Below are positions 16,995 through 26,124 of a DNA stretch of 37,672 nt, one piece after another; positions within the stretch are counted from its first letter, which is position 1, and each line of letters begins with the position of its first letter. The stretch comes from an uncultured Nitrospirota bacterium (lineage in GTDB: Bacteria; Nitrospirota; Nitrospiria; JACQBZ01). The notes beneath the pieces are model-generated. The model did not search any database and had not been told where the DNA came from. It worked only from the letters and a program-made list of their open reading frames with translations. The position numbers and the translations under genes were made by a program. The stretch spans positions 15,793 through 53,464 of the forward strand of contig CAYJTJ010000001.1 in assembly GCA_964372835.1 (NCBI GenBank), read 5' to 3'.

Positions 16995-17414
16995 CTATTC
17001 GGTCTGGACGGATAGGACCCGATATCGGATCCTTCCTTCCAACCAGGAATCCGGGCAGTTTTTCGTGTCCGCAATAAAATTACCGATCTCCTGCGGCTTA
17101 ACCGCACGGAGATCGCCCCGGGCCCTGCCGGGCGCGATCACCCGTAATTCCAGCAGGAGCTCTTCATTTCCCACGACCTTTCCCTTTCGGTCCAGCATCT
17201 CCAAATGCAGCGTGAAGTTTTTGATCGGCCTGTCCCCGGTGTTTTTGATCTCCCCAAACACCTCGCACACGATCAGGCCTCGCCGAAAGTCTTGATACCG
17301 ATGGGCATGAACCGCCAGGGCCTTGACCGGAATCTCTTGGGCGGCCGGAGCCGAAGGGGATAGCGATAAGATCAGCGTCGAGATCAATAGGGTGCAGAGG
17401 ACCGGGAATCGCAT
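16995..17414 (-). CDS. Small exported protein, unknown function (139 aa)
   Basis: ATG 17414 has a GGAGG RBS 7 nt upstream on the minus strand. Signal peptide MRFPVLCTLLISTLILSLSPSAPAAQE. The mature part looks like a single beta-sandwich (GEIKNTGDRPIKNFTLHLEMLD...). The track start at 17501 (GTG) adds 29 residues in front of the signal peptide. Confidence 0.55.
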   Translation of the reverse strand: MRFPVLCTLLISTLILSLSPSAPAAQEIPVKALAVHAHRYQDFRRGLIVCEVFGEIKNTGDRPIKNFTLHLEMLDRKGKVVGNEELLLELRVIAPGRARGDLRAVKPQEIGNFIADTKNCPDSWLEGRIRYRVLSVQTE

Positions 17415-17564
17415 GAACCTCCGTATTTCCTCGTTCGAAAGCCCTCCGGCCGGGTCTTGATGCCGGTACGGGGATGTGGTATTCTTCGAATCGGCCGCCA
17501 CCCGTCTTGGACGTGCGGGAGCAACGGTACGGCTTGGAAATAATTTCGCTGTAGTTTACGCAGA

Positions 17565-19577
17565 ATGGACCAAAAATTCAAGTCCTCCGAAGCCGAAACT
17601 TCCCCCGTAAACCGATATATCCTGAAGCGGCCATCCGCGGGGACTTCCCGCCCCCGGTTCAAGATCGACTACGAAAAGGAACTGAACGCGGCTCAATATG
17701 CGACCGTGACGGCTTCGGAAGGCCCCGTGCTGGTGATCGCCGGGGCCGGAAGCGGAAAGACCCGAACGCTGGTCTACCGCGTCGCCCGCTTTATCGAAAC
17801 CGGCATGCCCCCTCAAAACCTCCTCTTGTTGACGTTTACCCGGAAGGCGGCCCAGGAAATGCTAAACCGGGTCGGCGTTTTGCTCGGAACACAGTGCGAT
17901 GGGGTGATGGGCGGGACATTCCATTCATTCGCCAACACGGTGTTGCGCCGATACGGCGCCTCTATCGGATTAGATCCCTCCTTTACCATCCTTGATCGAA
18001 CCGATGGAGAGGACATCCTTCAGCTCCTGCGGGGGGAGGGCGGGTACGGGGAAGGGGAAAAGCGCTTTCCCCGTAAAGGGACCCTGGGTGATCTCTTCAG
18101 CGCATCGGTGAACAAGTCACTTTCCGTCGAAGAAATCGTTCTGTTGGACTACCCCCATCTATCGCAGCATCTTCCGGATATGATCCGACTTCAGTCGGCC
18201 TATACCGCATACAAGCGGCAACGATTTCTTCTGGACTATGACGACCTTCTCATCAGGCTGGACGAGCTTCTGGAATCCCGCGCGGAGACCCGTCGGGAGC
18301 TTTCCCTATCCTGCCGTGCCATCTTCGTCGACGAATACCAGGATACGAATAAGATCCAGGCGCAAGTGATCCGGCGGCTTTGCTCTGAGCACGAAAACGT
18401 AACCGTGGTGGGGGATGATTCCCAGAGCATTTATTCCTTTCGGGGAGCCCACTTCAGGAATATTATGGATTTTCCGAAGGAATTTCCAAATGCCCGGACC
18501 TTCATGCTGGAGGAGAACTACCGGAGTACCCAGCCGATACTTAACCTGACCAACGCCATCATCACACAGGCCCGCGAGAAATATCCGAAGCGGCTCTTTA
18601 CGCAGAGAAAGGGAGGTGGCCGTCCCATCCTTCTCCAGGCCGAAACCGAAAACTGGCAGTCTCGATTCGTATGCCAGAGAATCAACGAGCTCCGGGAAGA
18701 AGGGGTTCCGCTGGAAGAGATTGCGGTCCTGTTTCGATCAAGTCATCACTCGTTCGATCTCGAGATCGAGCTGGTGAAGCACGACCTCCCTTTCATTAAG
18801 CGGGGCGGGTTCAAGTTCATCGAAACGACCCATGTCAAGGATGTTCTGGCCCATCTTCGTATCCTCCAAAATCCACGGGATGCGGTCAGCTGGAATCGAC
18901 TCCTTCTTCTGGTGGACGGAGTGGGTCCGAGGAAGAGCCAGATCCTGATTACAGCAATGGCCAAGGAGACGGAATGGTTGAAAGTCCTCAGAAATCAGGC
19001 GGGTCAGGGCAGGGACGCGGTGGCCCTGAAGGACTTGGTGGGACTTTTGGATGATCTTCGCGCTCCGAATCAATCCCCTTCAGAGCTCATCAGCCGGATC
19101 AGCCATTATTACTCCCCGCTGCTCGAGCAGCGATTTGATGATTATCCAAAGCGATTAAAGGATCTTGAGCATCTATACGCCATCACGGAACGGTACCGAT
19201 CACTGGATGAGTTCCTGAGCGATATCACGCTGGATCCTCCCGGTGAGACGGTGGCGGAGGTGGAGCCCGTGCGGGATGACAGAGAGAGACTGATTCTTTC
19301 GACGGTTCATTCCGCCAAAGGCCTCGAGTGGCAGACCGTCTTTATCATTTGGGCCCTAGACGGCCGGTTTCCTTCCGCCTATTCGTTTAAACGGGACGAG
19401 GAGCTGGAAGAGGAACGGAGGCTCCTTTATGTGGCCGCCACCCGAGCCAAGAACAATCTCTACATTACCTACCCGGTCAATATCTACGACCGGGCTTTGG
19501 GATCGGTCCTGACCCGCCCGACAAGATTCCTTGAAGGTCTTCCAAACTCACTTTACGAATGCGGGTATTTGTCTTAA
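17565..19577 (+). CDS. UvrD/PcrA/Rep-family SF1 ATP-dependent DNA helicase
   Basis: Motif I AGAGSGKTRTLVYR, motif II VDEYQDTN, motif III VVGDDSQSIYSFRGA, motifs V/VI LSTVHSAKGLEW and LYVAATRAK. Confidence 0.9.
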   Translation: MDQKFKSSEAETSPVNRYILKRPSAGTSRPRFKIDYEKELNAAQYATVTASEGPVLVIAGAGSGKTRTLVYRVARFIETGMPPQNLLLLTFTRKAAQEMLNRVGVLLGTQCDGVMGGTFHSFANTVLRRYGASIGLDPSFTILDRTDGEDILQLLRGEGGYGEGEKRFPRKGTLGDLFSASVNKSLSVEEIVLLDYPHLSQHLPDMIRLQSAYTAYKRQRFLLDYDDLLIRLDELLESRAETRRELSLSCRAIFVDEYQDTNKIQAQVIRRLCSEHENVTVVGDDSQSIYSFRGAHFRNIMDFPKEFPNARTFMLEENYRSTQPILNLTNAIITQAREKYPKRLFTQRKGGGRPILLQAETENWQSRFVCQRINELREEGVPLEEIAVLFRSSHHSFDLEIELVKHDLPFIKRGGFKFIETTHVKDVLAHLRILQNPRDAVSWNRLLLLVDGVGPRKSQILITAMAKETEWLKVLRNQAGQGRDAVALKDLVGLLDDLRAPNQSPSELISRISHYYSPLLEQRFDDYPKRLKDLEHLYAITERYRSLDEFLSDITLDPPGETVAEVEPVRDDRERLILSTVHSAKGLEWQTVFIIWALDGRFPSAYSFKRDEELEEERRLLYVAATRAKNNLYITYPVNIYDRALGSVLTRPTRFLEGLPNSLYECGYLS

Positions 19578-19606
19578 TATATTAATATAATCAATTGGAT
19601 GTGTTG

Positions 19607-19634
19607 TTGACAGATTGGAGGGAGGTGATAGACT
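19607..19634 (+). promoter_or_regulatory. Sigma70-type promoter with extended -10, upstream of ORF 19657
   Basis: TTGACA (19607-19612), a 16 nt spacer ending in TGa, then TAGACT (19629-19634). AGGAGG RBS at 19641-19646 and ATG at 19657. An AT-only palindromic block (19574-19590) precedes it. Confidence 0.5.
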
Positions 19635-19656
19635 TTATGTAGGAGGTTAGGCTGCT

Positions 19657-20382
19657 ATGGGAACGAGATTTAGGCTTAGCCATCTTGTCGTGACTCTCCC
19701 GCTAATCGCCGCCATTTTCCCGGGCACGGCCTCGGGTTTTGACGGAAGAATCGATCCGGCGATCTTCGAGTCCAGCAATCGTCTTTCCATTCGAGAGCAG
19801 GTTTCCCGACCCCACTTCCTTTCCACCCGCGCCGATATGGACTCCCTCGGAAACGATTCCAAATCGAGTGAAAAATTCATCTCCCTTTACTACCAGGATC
19901 CGATGGCCGAAATGGAGCTCGGGGAGCGGATGAATGAGGCCGAGAGAAGCGCCCTGGCCCGAATTATGGCGCGACAGGTCCTCTCGAGCGCGATCCGTAA
20001 CATGGTGGACGACGTTAATCTCCTCTACACGATTAAGGAATACGGCCGGGCCGTGACCTCGGCGAACATGAAAGTGGAAAACGGGAGCATGGATTTCGAA
20101 GGTCCTTCATTGGAGAGGGCCGGAAACCGCCCCGAAATTTCGACCCGGGAAACACTGCGCAGCAGTCTCATTCTGGTCAATAGTGCCGATTTTGGGGTCA
20201 GTCTCCGAACGATGGCTGGACCGGTCCGCTCCAACGTCACCTACTTCTTGGCCGGGAGAGATGTGCTGGGCGCCAGTCTCGAACGAGAGATCCGCGATCA
20301 AACCCGCCTCAGTCTGGAATACCGTATTTCCGCACAAGAAAGCCGGGTCTTGGCGACCCTGAGCCTTCCCTTCCCCTTCTAA
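19657..20382 (+). CDS. Exported protein of unknown function (241 aa), possible outer-membrane protein
   Basis: Signal peptide MGTRFRLSHLVVTLPLIAAIFPGTASG. Strong RBS and promoter. The C-terminal third has alternating hydrophobic/polar beta-strand patterns and ends ...LATLSLPFPF with a terminal Phe, as in many OM beta-barrel proteins. I recognise no family. Confidence 0.55.
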   Translation: MGTRFRLSHLVVTLPLIAAIFPGTASGFDGRIDPAIFESSNRLSIREQVSRPHFLSTRADMDSLGNDSKSSEKFISLYYQDPMAEMELGERMNEAERSALARIMARQVLSSAIRNMVDDVNLLYTIKEYGRAVTSANMKVENGSMDFEGPSLERAGNRPEISTRETLRSSLILVNSADFGVSLRTMAGPVRSNVTYFLAGRDVLGASLEREIRDQTRLSLEYRISAQESRVLATLSLPFPF

Positions 20383-20385
20383 TTT

Positions 20386-21231
20386 CTATCGCGAATTCGG
20401 GATTTGGATGGAGCCCTGCCGACGGGTTATCCGCCGCTTAGGCGTGAACAAAACGGCAAGGAAGAACAGCCCGGTGGCCAGCAAAACGATCATGGCGCCG
20501 GAGGGGATGTCCAGCGCGAAGGAAAGAAGCATCCCGGACAGACTGGACAGCACTCCGGAGAGTATCGAAAGGATCATCATTCCCTTCATGCTGTGCGTAA
20601 GTTGATAGGCGGTAGCGGCGGGAATCAAAATCATCGCATAGACCAGAATTGCCCCCACCGCTTTCAAGGAGATGACGATCGTCAGCGCGATCAGGGTCAT
20701 GAGAAGAAAATAAATCCGTCGCGCCGGGATGCCCGAGGCCTCGGCCATCTCCTGATCAAACGCGATGAACTGCAGCTCCTTATAAAACAAAAACATCGCC
20801 ACCAAAACCACCAGACCCAGGCCGGCTATGACGGCGAGATCTTGGGAAGTCACCGATAGAATGCTCCCAAACAGATAGCCGTAGAGCTCGGCATTGTAGG
20901 ATTTCATAAAACTGATGAACAGAATCGCCAGGGCCATGGTGGAGGTGTAAAAAATACCGATGGAAACATCCAATTTCATTCGTCCCTTTTCCGCAAGAAA
21001 TCCGGTAATCCAGACGGTCATCAACCCAAAGAGGACCGCCATACCCATGGGATTCAAATTCAAGAGGAAACCCAGCGCGACACCCGCGAAGGCCGCGTGC
21101 GCCGTCCCCGCCCCGATGAAGGATAGACCCTTGAGAACGACAAAAACGCCGATCGCGGAGCAGAGGATCCCGATAACCAGGGCCGCCAGGATGGCGCGCT
21201 GCATGAACCCGTAGGCGAGAATCTCAAGCAT
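20386..21231 (-). CDS. znuB: Metal (Zn/Mn) ABC transporter permease, ABC-3 family
   Basis: A ~281 aa polytopic membrane protein with typical ZnuB/MntB/TroCD-like composition (MLEILAYGFMQRAILAALVIG...). Overlaps the upstream ATPase gene by 8 nt. Confidence 0.8.
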   Translation of the reverse strand: MLEILAYGFMQRAILAALVIGILCSAIGVFVVLKGLSFIGAGTAHAAFAGVALGFLLNLNPMGMAVLFGLMTVWITGFLAEKGRMKLDVSIGIFYTSTMALAILFISFMKSYNAELYGYLFGSILSVTSQDLAVIAGLGLVVLVAMFLFYKELQFIAFDQEMAEASGIPARRIYFLLMTLIALTIVISLKAVGAILVYAMILIPAATAYQLTHSMKGMMILSILSGVLSSLSGMLLSFALDIPSGAMIVLLATGLFFLAVLFTPKRRITRRQGSIQIPNSR

Positions 21232-22003
21232 GGTGATAGTCTCCGATGATCAAGTATTCCTTGTCCGCCGCCACGACCTCTTTTCCGTAGACCTGTTGGA
21301 GAATTTCCCTCGTCAGCACTTCCTTGGGGGGGCCGGCGGCATAGAGTCGGGTCTTGAGCAGGGCGAGTCGATCGACATAAGGCGCGATCATGTTGATATC
21401 ATGGGTGACCAGGAGGATCGTGAGATTGCGCGTGACATGGAGTTTCTTTATCACCTCTAAGATGCTTTTTTGCGTCGGGATATCGATGCCGGTCGTCGGT
21501 TCATCCAGCAGAAGGACCTTGGGCCGTTGGGCGAGAGCGCGGGCGATGAATACGCGCTGCTGCTGTCCTCCGGATAACTGCCCCAGAGGCGAACCGACAT
21601 AGTCCGAAAGCCCCACCTCGTCGATGGCCTGCCGTGCCATGTCCTGATCTTCCCGGGAGGGACGTCGGAGAAGCCCGATGGCGCCGTACCGCCCCATCAG
21701 GACGGCCTCGAAGACCGTGAGGGGAAAATTCGCATCGATCATTTCCTTCTGGGGAAGATATCCGATCTGTGCGCGGTGATGGCAGCGGAGTTTTTCACAG
21801 GAGCAATCGAAGATCTGGACCTGGCCTGAACTGGGGGCGATTAGACCGAGCAGGGCTCGGAGCAGGGTCGTCTTTCCAGAGCCATTCGGGCCAATGACCC
21901 CGATGAATTCACCCGCCATGATTTCGAGGGTGATCTCCTCCAGGGCCGTTCGATCCTTAAAGGCGAAACTGGCCTTGTTAAAATGGATGATCGGTCCGGC
22001 CAT
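21224..22003 (-). CDS. znuC: Metal ABC transporter ATP-binding protein
   Basis: Walker A GPNGSGKTT, ABC signature LSGGQQQR and Walker B LLLDEPT. Sits between the SBP and permease genes. Confidence 0.85.
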   Translation of the reverse strand: MAGPIIHFNKASFAFKDRTALEEITLEIMAGEFIGVIGPNGSGKTTLLRALLGLIAPSSGQVQIFDCSCEKLRCHHRAQIGYLPQKEMIDANFPLTVFEAVLMGRYGAIGLLRRPSREDQDMARQAIDEVGLSDYVGSPLGQLSGGQQQRVFIARALAQRPKVLLLDEPTTGIDIPTQKSILEVIKKLHVTRNLTILLVTHDINMIAPYVDRLALLKTRLYAAGPPKEVLTREILQQVYGKEVVAADKEYLIIGDYHHA

Positions 22004-22006
22004 GCC

Positions 22007-22891
22007 TCACTCATCCTTTAGGGCTTCAATCAACTGGTTGAGGTTGTATTCTATCATAGAGAGGTAGGTCCCTGCACCGGGAAGGGCGCCCGGGATCGGG
22101 GTAAGGACGATGACCCGGGCCCCCGTTTCCTGGGCCAAGATCTGGGGAAGTTTTGCATTCAACTGCGGTTCGGAGACGATTACCCGGATCTTTTCTGAAC
22201 GAATGATTCGACTGAGATCGGCCAGGTGCTTGGCGGAGGGCTCCGTTCCGATTTGGGAAACAATGACGCCGCGAACGGTCAGCCCAAAGCGCCTCGCAAA
22301 ATACGACCAGGCCGCATGGTGGGTAATAATCTTCTTGTTCACAATCATCTTTAATCTCGACAGACCTTGGTGGCGGCTCTGGTCCAACTGATTGAAATAC
22401 TGGCCCTGATTGTGCATGTAGAAACTCTTGTTGGTCGGATCGGCCTTAATTAATCCCTCCGTGATATGTCGCACCATCGACTTCGCGTTTTCCGGATCAA
22501 GCCAGATATGAGGGTCCCCCAACACATGGGAAGCGTCGTGGTCGTTGGTGGATCTGAGGAGGGGAATACCCGTGGAGGTCGTGATGATCTGCAGGCGGCG
22601 GTTCCCCGCGTTCTTGATCAGAGGATCCACCCAGACTTCTAACCCCAATCCGACCTGGATCAAAATCCGGGCGTCGCGGATCGAGATGATGTCGGAAGGC
22701 TTGGGGGTGTATGTATGTTCGCTTTCCAGGCCGCTGAGAAGGCTGGTTGCGATGACGCGATCCTGCCCGATCTGATCGACGAAGTCCTTCAGGACCGGGA
22801 AGGTCGCCACCACGCGGACCGGTTCACCGACCAAAGTCTGGTTTGGCGGCTCGGCCGTGACGGTTTGGACCGTGGCGACCATCCAAGCCAA
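22007..22891 (-). CDS. znuA: Metal ABC transporter substrate-binding protein (TroA/ZnuA-like, cluster 9)
   Basis: DPHIWLDP and HHAAWSYFARRFGL strings are typical of ZnuA/MntC/TroA. The start is uncertain: TTG 22891 gives no usable signal peptide (see finding). Metal specificity cannot be read from the sequence. Confidence 0.8.
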   Translation of the reverse strand: MAWMVATVQTVTAEPPNQTLVGEPVRVVATFPVLKDFVDQIGQDRVIATSLLSGLESEHTYTPKPSDIISIRDARILIQVGLGLEVWVDPLIKNAGNRRLQIITTSTGIPLLRSTNDHDASHVLGDPHIWLDPENAKSMVRHITEGLIKADPTNKSFYMHNQGQYFNQLDQSRHQGLSRLKMIVNKKIITHHAAWSYFARRFGLTVRGVIVSQIGTEPSAKHLADLSRIIRSEKIRVIVSEPQLNAKLPQILAQETGARVIVLTPIPGALPGAGTYLSMIEYNLNQLIEALKDE

Positions 22892-22948
22892 AATAAGAGG
22901 AACCCGGAAGACTACGTTAATTCGATCATCCCCCTTTTCCGGACGCAG

Positions 22949-23293
22949 TTATCCGGGTGGCCAGTGCATCTGGCGGCCGGCGAGAAGGTGGACGTGAAGG
23001 TGAAATACCGTCTGACCGCCGGCCGGCCCCGAATTGATGACCGTCCGAAACCCCTCCTGAAGGAGATTCCTGGCTTTGGCCAATTTTTGAACCACCATCA
23101 ACAGCGTACCCAAGAGCTTTTGCTCGGACTCCGCGACGGTGGCCAGGGATTCGATATGCTTCTTAGGGACCACAAGGATATGAACGGGGGCTTGAGGCCG
23201 GAGGTCCTCGAAAGCGACGGTCTCGCTGTCCTCGTGGACGATCCGACCCGGTATTTCTTTCTTGACGATCCGACAAAATAGACAGTCCGGCAT
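22949..23293 (-). CDS. HIT-family (histidine triad) nucleotide hydrolase/transferase
   Basis: Histidine triad HLHVHLL and N-terminal DCLFCRIV. ATG 23293 has an AGGAG RBS and lies 1 nt after the hisIE stop. The track start 23326 would overlap hisIE. Confidence 0.85.
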   Translation of the reverse strand: MPDCLFCRIVKKEIPGRIVHEDSETVAFEDLRPQAPVHILVVPKKHIESLATVAESEQKLLGTLLMVVQKLAKARNLLQEGFRTVINSGPAGGQTVFHLHVHLLAGRQMHWPPG

Positions 23294-23294
23294 G

Positions 23295-23966
23295 TCATTT
23301 TCTCCTGCGTTGGCGGGTTTTTCCAAATCGTCTCTGGAGTTCTTTATAGATCTCCAATGGCGAAATGTTATGGTAACCCATCAGAACCAGGGTGTGAAAC
23401 CACACATCCGCCGCCTCCCAGATGATCTCGGCCCGACGATTGTTCTTGGATCCGATAATTAATTCCCCCGATTCCTCGCCGATCTTCTTCAGGATGGCAT
23501 CCCGTCCCTGCCGGATCAGCGAGCTGACATACGAACCCTTCCGGGGGTGGCGTTTCCGATCGCAAATGACATCGAAAATTCGATCCAGAACCAGAGCGGT
23601 CGCGGGTCCGGTGGACCGTCTGAGAAATCGTCCGTTGTATAAGGACCGATGAAAGCAGGACCATTCGCCCGTATGACAGGCGGGCCCTTCGGGGAGCACG
23701 CGGACCAGAAGGGCGTCTCCGTCACAGTCAAGCCGGATTTCTTCAACCCTCATCCGATTTCCGGAGGTGGCTCCCTTTCGCCAGAGCGTCTTTCGAGACC
23801 GGCTCCAGAAATGGACCTGCTGCGTGCGGATGGTCCGGGCCAGGGACTCGGCGTTCATATAGGCCATCATGAGAATGCGGTCATCCCGGTGATCCTGAAC
23901 GATGGCCGGGATCAGTCCGTCCTGACCCAGCCGGACTCCTTTAGGAATTTTTCTATCGGGGGCCAT
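23295..23966 (-). CDS. hisIE: Bifunctional phosphoribosyl-AMP cyclohydrolase / phosphoribosyl-ATP pyrophosphatase
   Basis: The N-terminal HisI part is LIPAIVQD...[10 protein letters not shown]...[12 protein letters not shown]. The C-terminal HisE part is [21 protein letters not shown]...[13 protein letters not shown]. Confidence 0.9.
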   Translation of the reverse strand: MAPDRKIPKGVRLGQDGLIPAIVQDHRDDRILMMAYMNAESLARTIRTQQVHFWSRSRKTLWRKGATSGNRMRVEEIRLDCDGDALLVRVLPEGPACHTGEWSCFHRSLYNGRFLRRSTGPATALVLDRIFDVICDRKRHPRKGSYVSSLIRQGRDAILKKIGEESGELIIGSKNNRRAEIIWEAADVWFHTLVLMGYHNISPLEIYKELQRRFGKTRQRRRK

Positions 23967-23973
23967 GGTCGCT

Positions 23974-24750
23974 CTACTGAATTCGGACCGAAACGCCGTT
24001 GGATTGCAGGAATTTCTTCGCCTCGGGAATCATGTGTTGTCTGTAATGAAAGATCGAGGCGACGAGGACGGCGTCCGCCTTCCCTTCCTGAAGGGCGACC
24101 AGGAGATGTTCCAGGCGACCCGCCCCGCCGGAGGCGATGACCGGGATCCCCGACGCCTGCGATACGCTTCGCGTGAGTTCAATGTCGTATCCCTCTCGCG
24201 TTCCGTCCCGGTCCATGCTGGTTAGTAGAATTTCTCCCGCGCCACACTCCTCCATGGTTCGGGCCCACTGGATCGCATCTCGGCCGGTATCTCGACGTCC
24301 CCCGTGGGTATAAACCGACCAGCGAGGCCCGGCCGATGCCGGACCGGCGGTCCGTTTGGCATCGATCGCGACCACGATGCATTGGCTTCCGAAGCGCTCG
24401 ACCGCCGACCGGACCAAGCCGGGATTCTCGACCGCCCCGGTATTGATCGAGACTTTATCGGCCCCGGCGAGCAAGAGATCCCGGATGTCCTCGACGCTCC
24501 GGATCCCGCCGCCCACCGTGAGCGGCATGAACGCCTCGGCGGCGGTCTTGGCCACGACCTCCAGGATGATCTTGCGGTCTTCATGAGAGGCCGTAATGTC
24601 CAGAAAACACAATTCGTCGGCCCCCTCCGCATCGTAGTAGCGGGCGATTTCGACCGGATCCCCCGCGTCGCGGAGGTTTTGGAAACTGACCCCTTTTACC
24701 ACGCGGCCGTCCTTTACGTCCAGGCAGGGGATGATCCTCTTGGCGAGCAT
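23974..24750 (-). CDS. hisF: Imidazole glycerol phosphate synthase, cyclase subunit
   Basis: [20 protein letters not shown]..., a (beta/alpha)8 HisF signature. ...IASGGAG... at the C-terminal phosphate site. Confidence 0.95.
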   Translation of the reverse strand: MLAKRIIPCLDVKDGRVVKGVSFQNLRDAGDPVEIARYYDAEGADELCFLDITASHEDRKIILEVVAKTAAEAFMPLTVGGGIRSVEDIRDLLLAGADKVSINTGAVENPGLVRSAVERFGSQCIVVAIDAKRTAGPASAGPRWSVYTHGGRRDTGRDAIQWARTMEECGAGEILLTSMDRDGTREGYDIELTRSVSQASGIPVIASGGAGRLEHLLVALQEGKADAVLVASIFHYRQHMIPEAKKFLQSNGVSVRIQ

Positions 24751-25484
24751 TAACCAGTCCCTCCGGCGCCCAGACGGATGGCGTCGCCCAGGCGAATCGC
24801 CCCGGTATAAAGGGCCTTGCCGATGATCACACCCGTGACACCAATCCCCTCGAGCTTCAGGAGGGCTCGCAGGTCCTCCAGGGATGAGATTCCCCCGGAG
24901 GCGACGATCGGAACCGGGGTCGACTCGGCCAACTTCCGGATCGCCGCGAGATTAGGTCCCTGAAGCATCCCATCGCGCCGGACATCGGTGAAGATGATCG
25001 AGTGAAGAGCCATAGCCCCGTATATCTTGGCAACCTCGACGGCGGACCAGGGTGTGGAAGCGGTCCACCCTTGCACCTGGAGCATCCCGTCCCGAGCATC
25101 GAGGCCGATCGATATACGGCCCGGAAGGGCGGCGCAGGCTTCTTTTACAAAATTGGGATCCTCTACAACTTTTGTGCCTATAATCGTAGAATGAGCCCCA
25201 CTTTTTATATAAAATTTGATATCTTCAATGGTCCTTATCCCACCTGATACCTGAACCGGAATCCGGGATGCTTTAATAAGATCCGCGACCAAATCCCGGT
25301 TTTTCGGGAGACCTGAAAACGCCCCGTCCAGATCGACGACATGGAGCCATTCGGCCCCCTCCGATTCCCATCGCCGTGCCACCGAGACGGGATCCTCCGA
25401 GTAGACCGATTCGGTTCCGGGCCGCCCCTGTTGGAGCCGGATGCAACGCCCCTCCTTGATATCAACGGCCGGGATGATTCGCAT
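24750..25484 (-). CDS. hisA: ProFAR isomerase
   Basis: [17 protein letters not shown]... and ...[15 protein letters not shown] 25484 is preceded by GGAAAGG. The stop overlaps the hisF start by 1 nt. Confidence 0.92.
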   Translation of the reverse strand: MRIIPAVDIKEGRCIRLQQGRPGTESVYSEDPVSVARRWESEGAEWLHVVDLDGAFSGLPKNRDLVADLIKASRIPVQVSGGIRTIEDIKFYIKSGAHSTIIGTKVVEDPNFVKEACAALPGRISIGLDARDGMLQVQGWTASTPWSAVEVAKIYGAMALHSIIFTDVRRDGMLQGPNLAAIRKLAESTPVPIVASGGISSLEDLRALLKLEGIGVTGVIIGKALYTGAIRLGDAIRLGAGGTG

Positions 25485-26124
25485 CGTCATCCTTTCCGAC
25501 ACCGGCCCACGGGGAAGTCGCTAGAATTCGATCCATTCCCTCGGCCGAAATCTCCGTGGCCGTGAGCCAGCGCCCGCGCCGTTTGAAAAACAGCCGGAGG
25601 TTCGTCACGTCCTCCAGGAGAGACTGCTGCGTCTCAAAATAACTGGCCTTCCAGAGAATCTGGCCGTTTTTGGTGTTGACCAGCTCGATCGTAAATCCGA
25701 CGGAGGCCGGTCGCCGGATTCCGACGGCTGAACCCTCTCTTTCCACGAAGCGGGTTACCGTTCCGATCAGGACCGCGGGGGTTTCCAGGCGTCGGCCGAT
25801 CTCCAAGGCCTTCTCGACCCGGGAGGGCGGCGCAATGCGGGAATCCTCGCGGATCGTTTCGGGTTTCAACGACGAAACGACCTGTATGTGACGTTCGATC
25901 AACCTCCGGTAGAGCTGGTCGGTCAGGATCTGCGTGGCCCCCAACGCCACGGACTGCGATCGTATCGTCCCTGCGACTTCGGGTTCCTCCTCAAACGGCA
26001 TAAACGCGATCCGGTTTAGAGAGAAAGTCCCGATGTCATGAACGACCGTGCTCTCGATAAATTTGGGCCCGCAGCCGACGAGAGCCGCCAACGCGACCAG
26101 GGGTAACGGGAGGACTACTTGCAT
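25462..26124 (-). CDS. Lipoprotein with LpoB/TolB-N/CsgG-like sequence pattern, unknown function, embedded in the his operon
   Basis: ATG 26124 gives MQVVLPLPLVALAALVG/C, with a lipobox L-V-G-C. It has the pattern typical of the small LpoB/DUF799-like lipoprotein fold: IAFMPFEEE..., PAVLIGTVTRF..., FTIELVNTKNGQILWKASY. It overlaps the hisH 3' end by 10 nt and the hisA 5' end by 23 nt. Confidence 0.6.
   Translation of the reverse strand: MQVVLPLPLVALAALVGCGPKFIESTVVHDIGTFSLNRIAFMPFEEEPEVAGTIRSQSVALGATQILTDQLYRRLIERHIQVVSSLKPETIREDSRIAPPSRVEKALEIGRRLETPAVLIGTVTRFVEREGSAVGIRRPASVGFTIELVNTKNGQILWKASYFETQQSLLEDVTNLRLFFKRRGRWLTATEISAEGMDRILATSPWAGVGKDDDANHPGR

Noticed and set aside
16988-17017. 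8-bp stem (TCCTATCC / GGATAGGA) with a 14-nt loop between the convergent gspK and small-ORF ends
   Set aside because: It overlaps the stop codon of the minus-strand ORF. The loop is long and neither strand has a U-tract. Support is weak.
17565-20382. UvrD-like helicase plus adjacent unknown ORF as a possible phage-defence pair (e.g. Gabija-like)
   Set aside because: No OLD/ATPase-nuclease partner (GajA-like) or other defence hallmark is nearby. The neighbour has a signal peptide and its own promoter, so it is an envelope protein and not a cytoplasmic effector. The helicase has the ordinary housekeeping UvrD/PcrA motif set.
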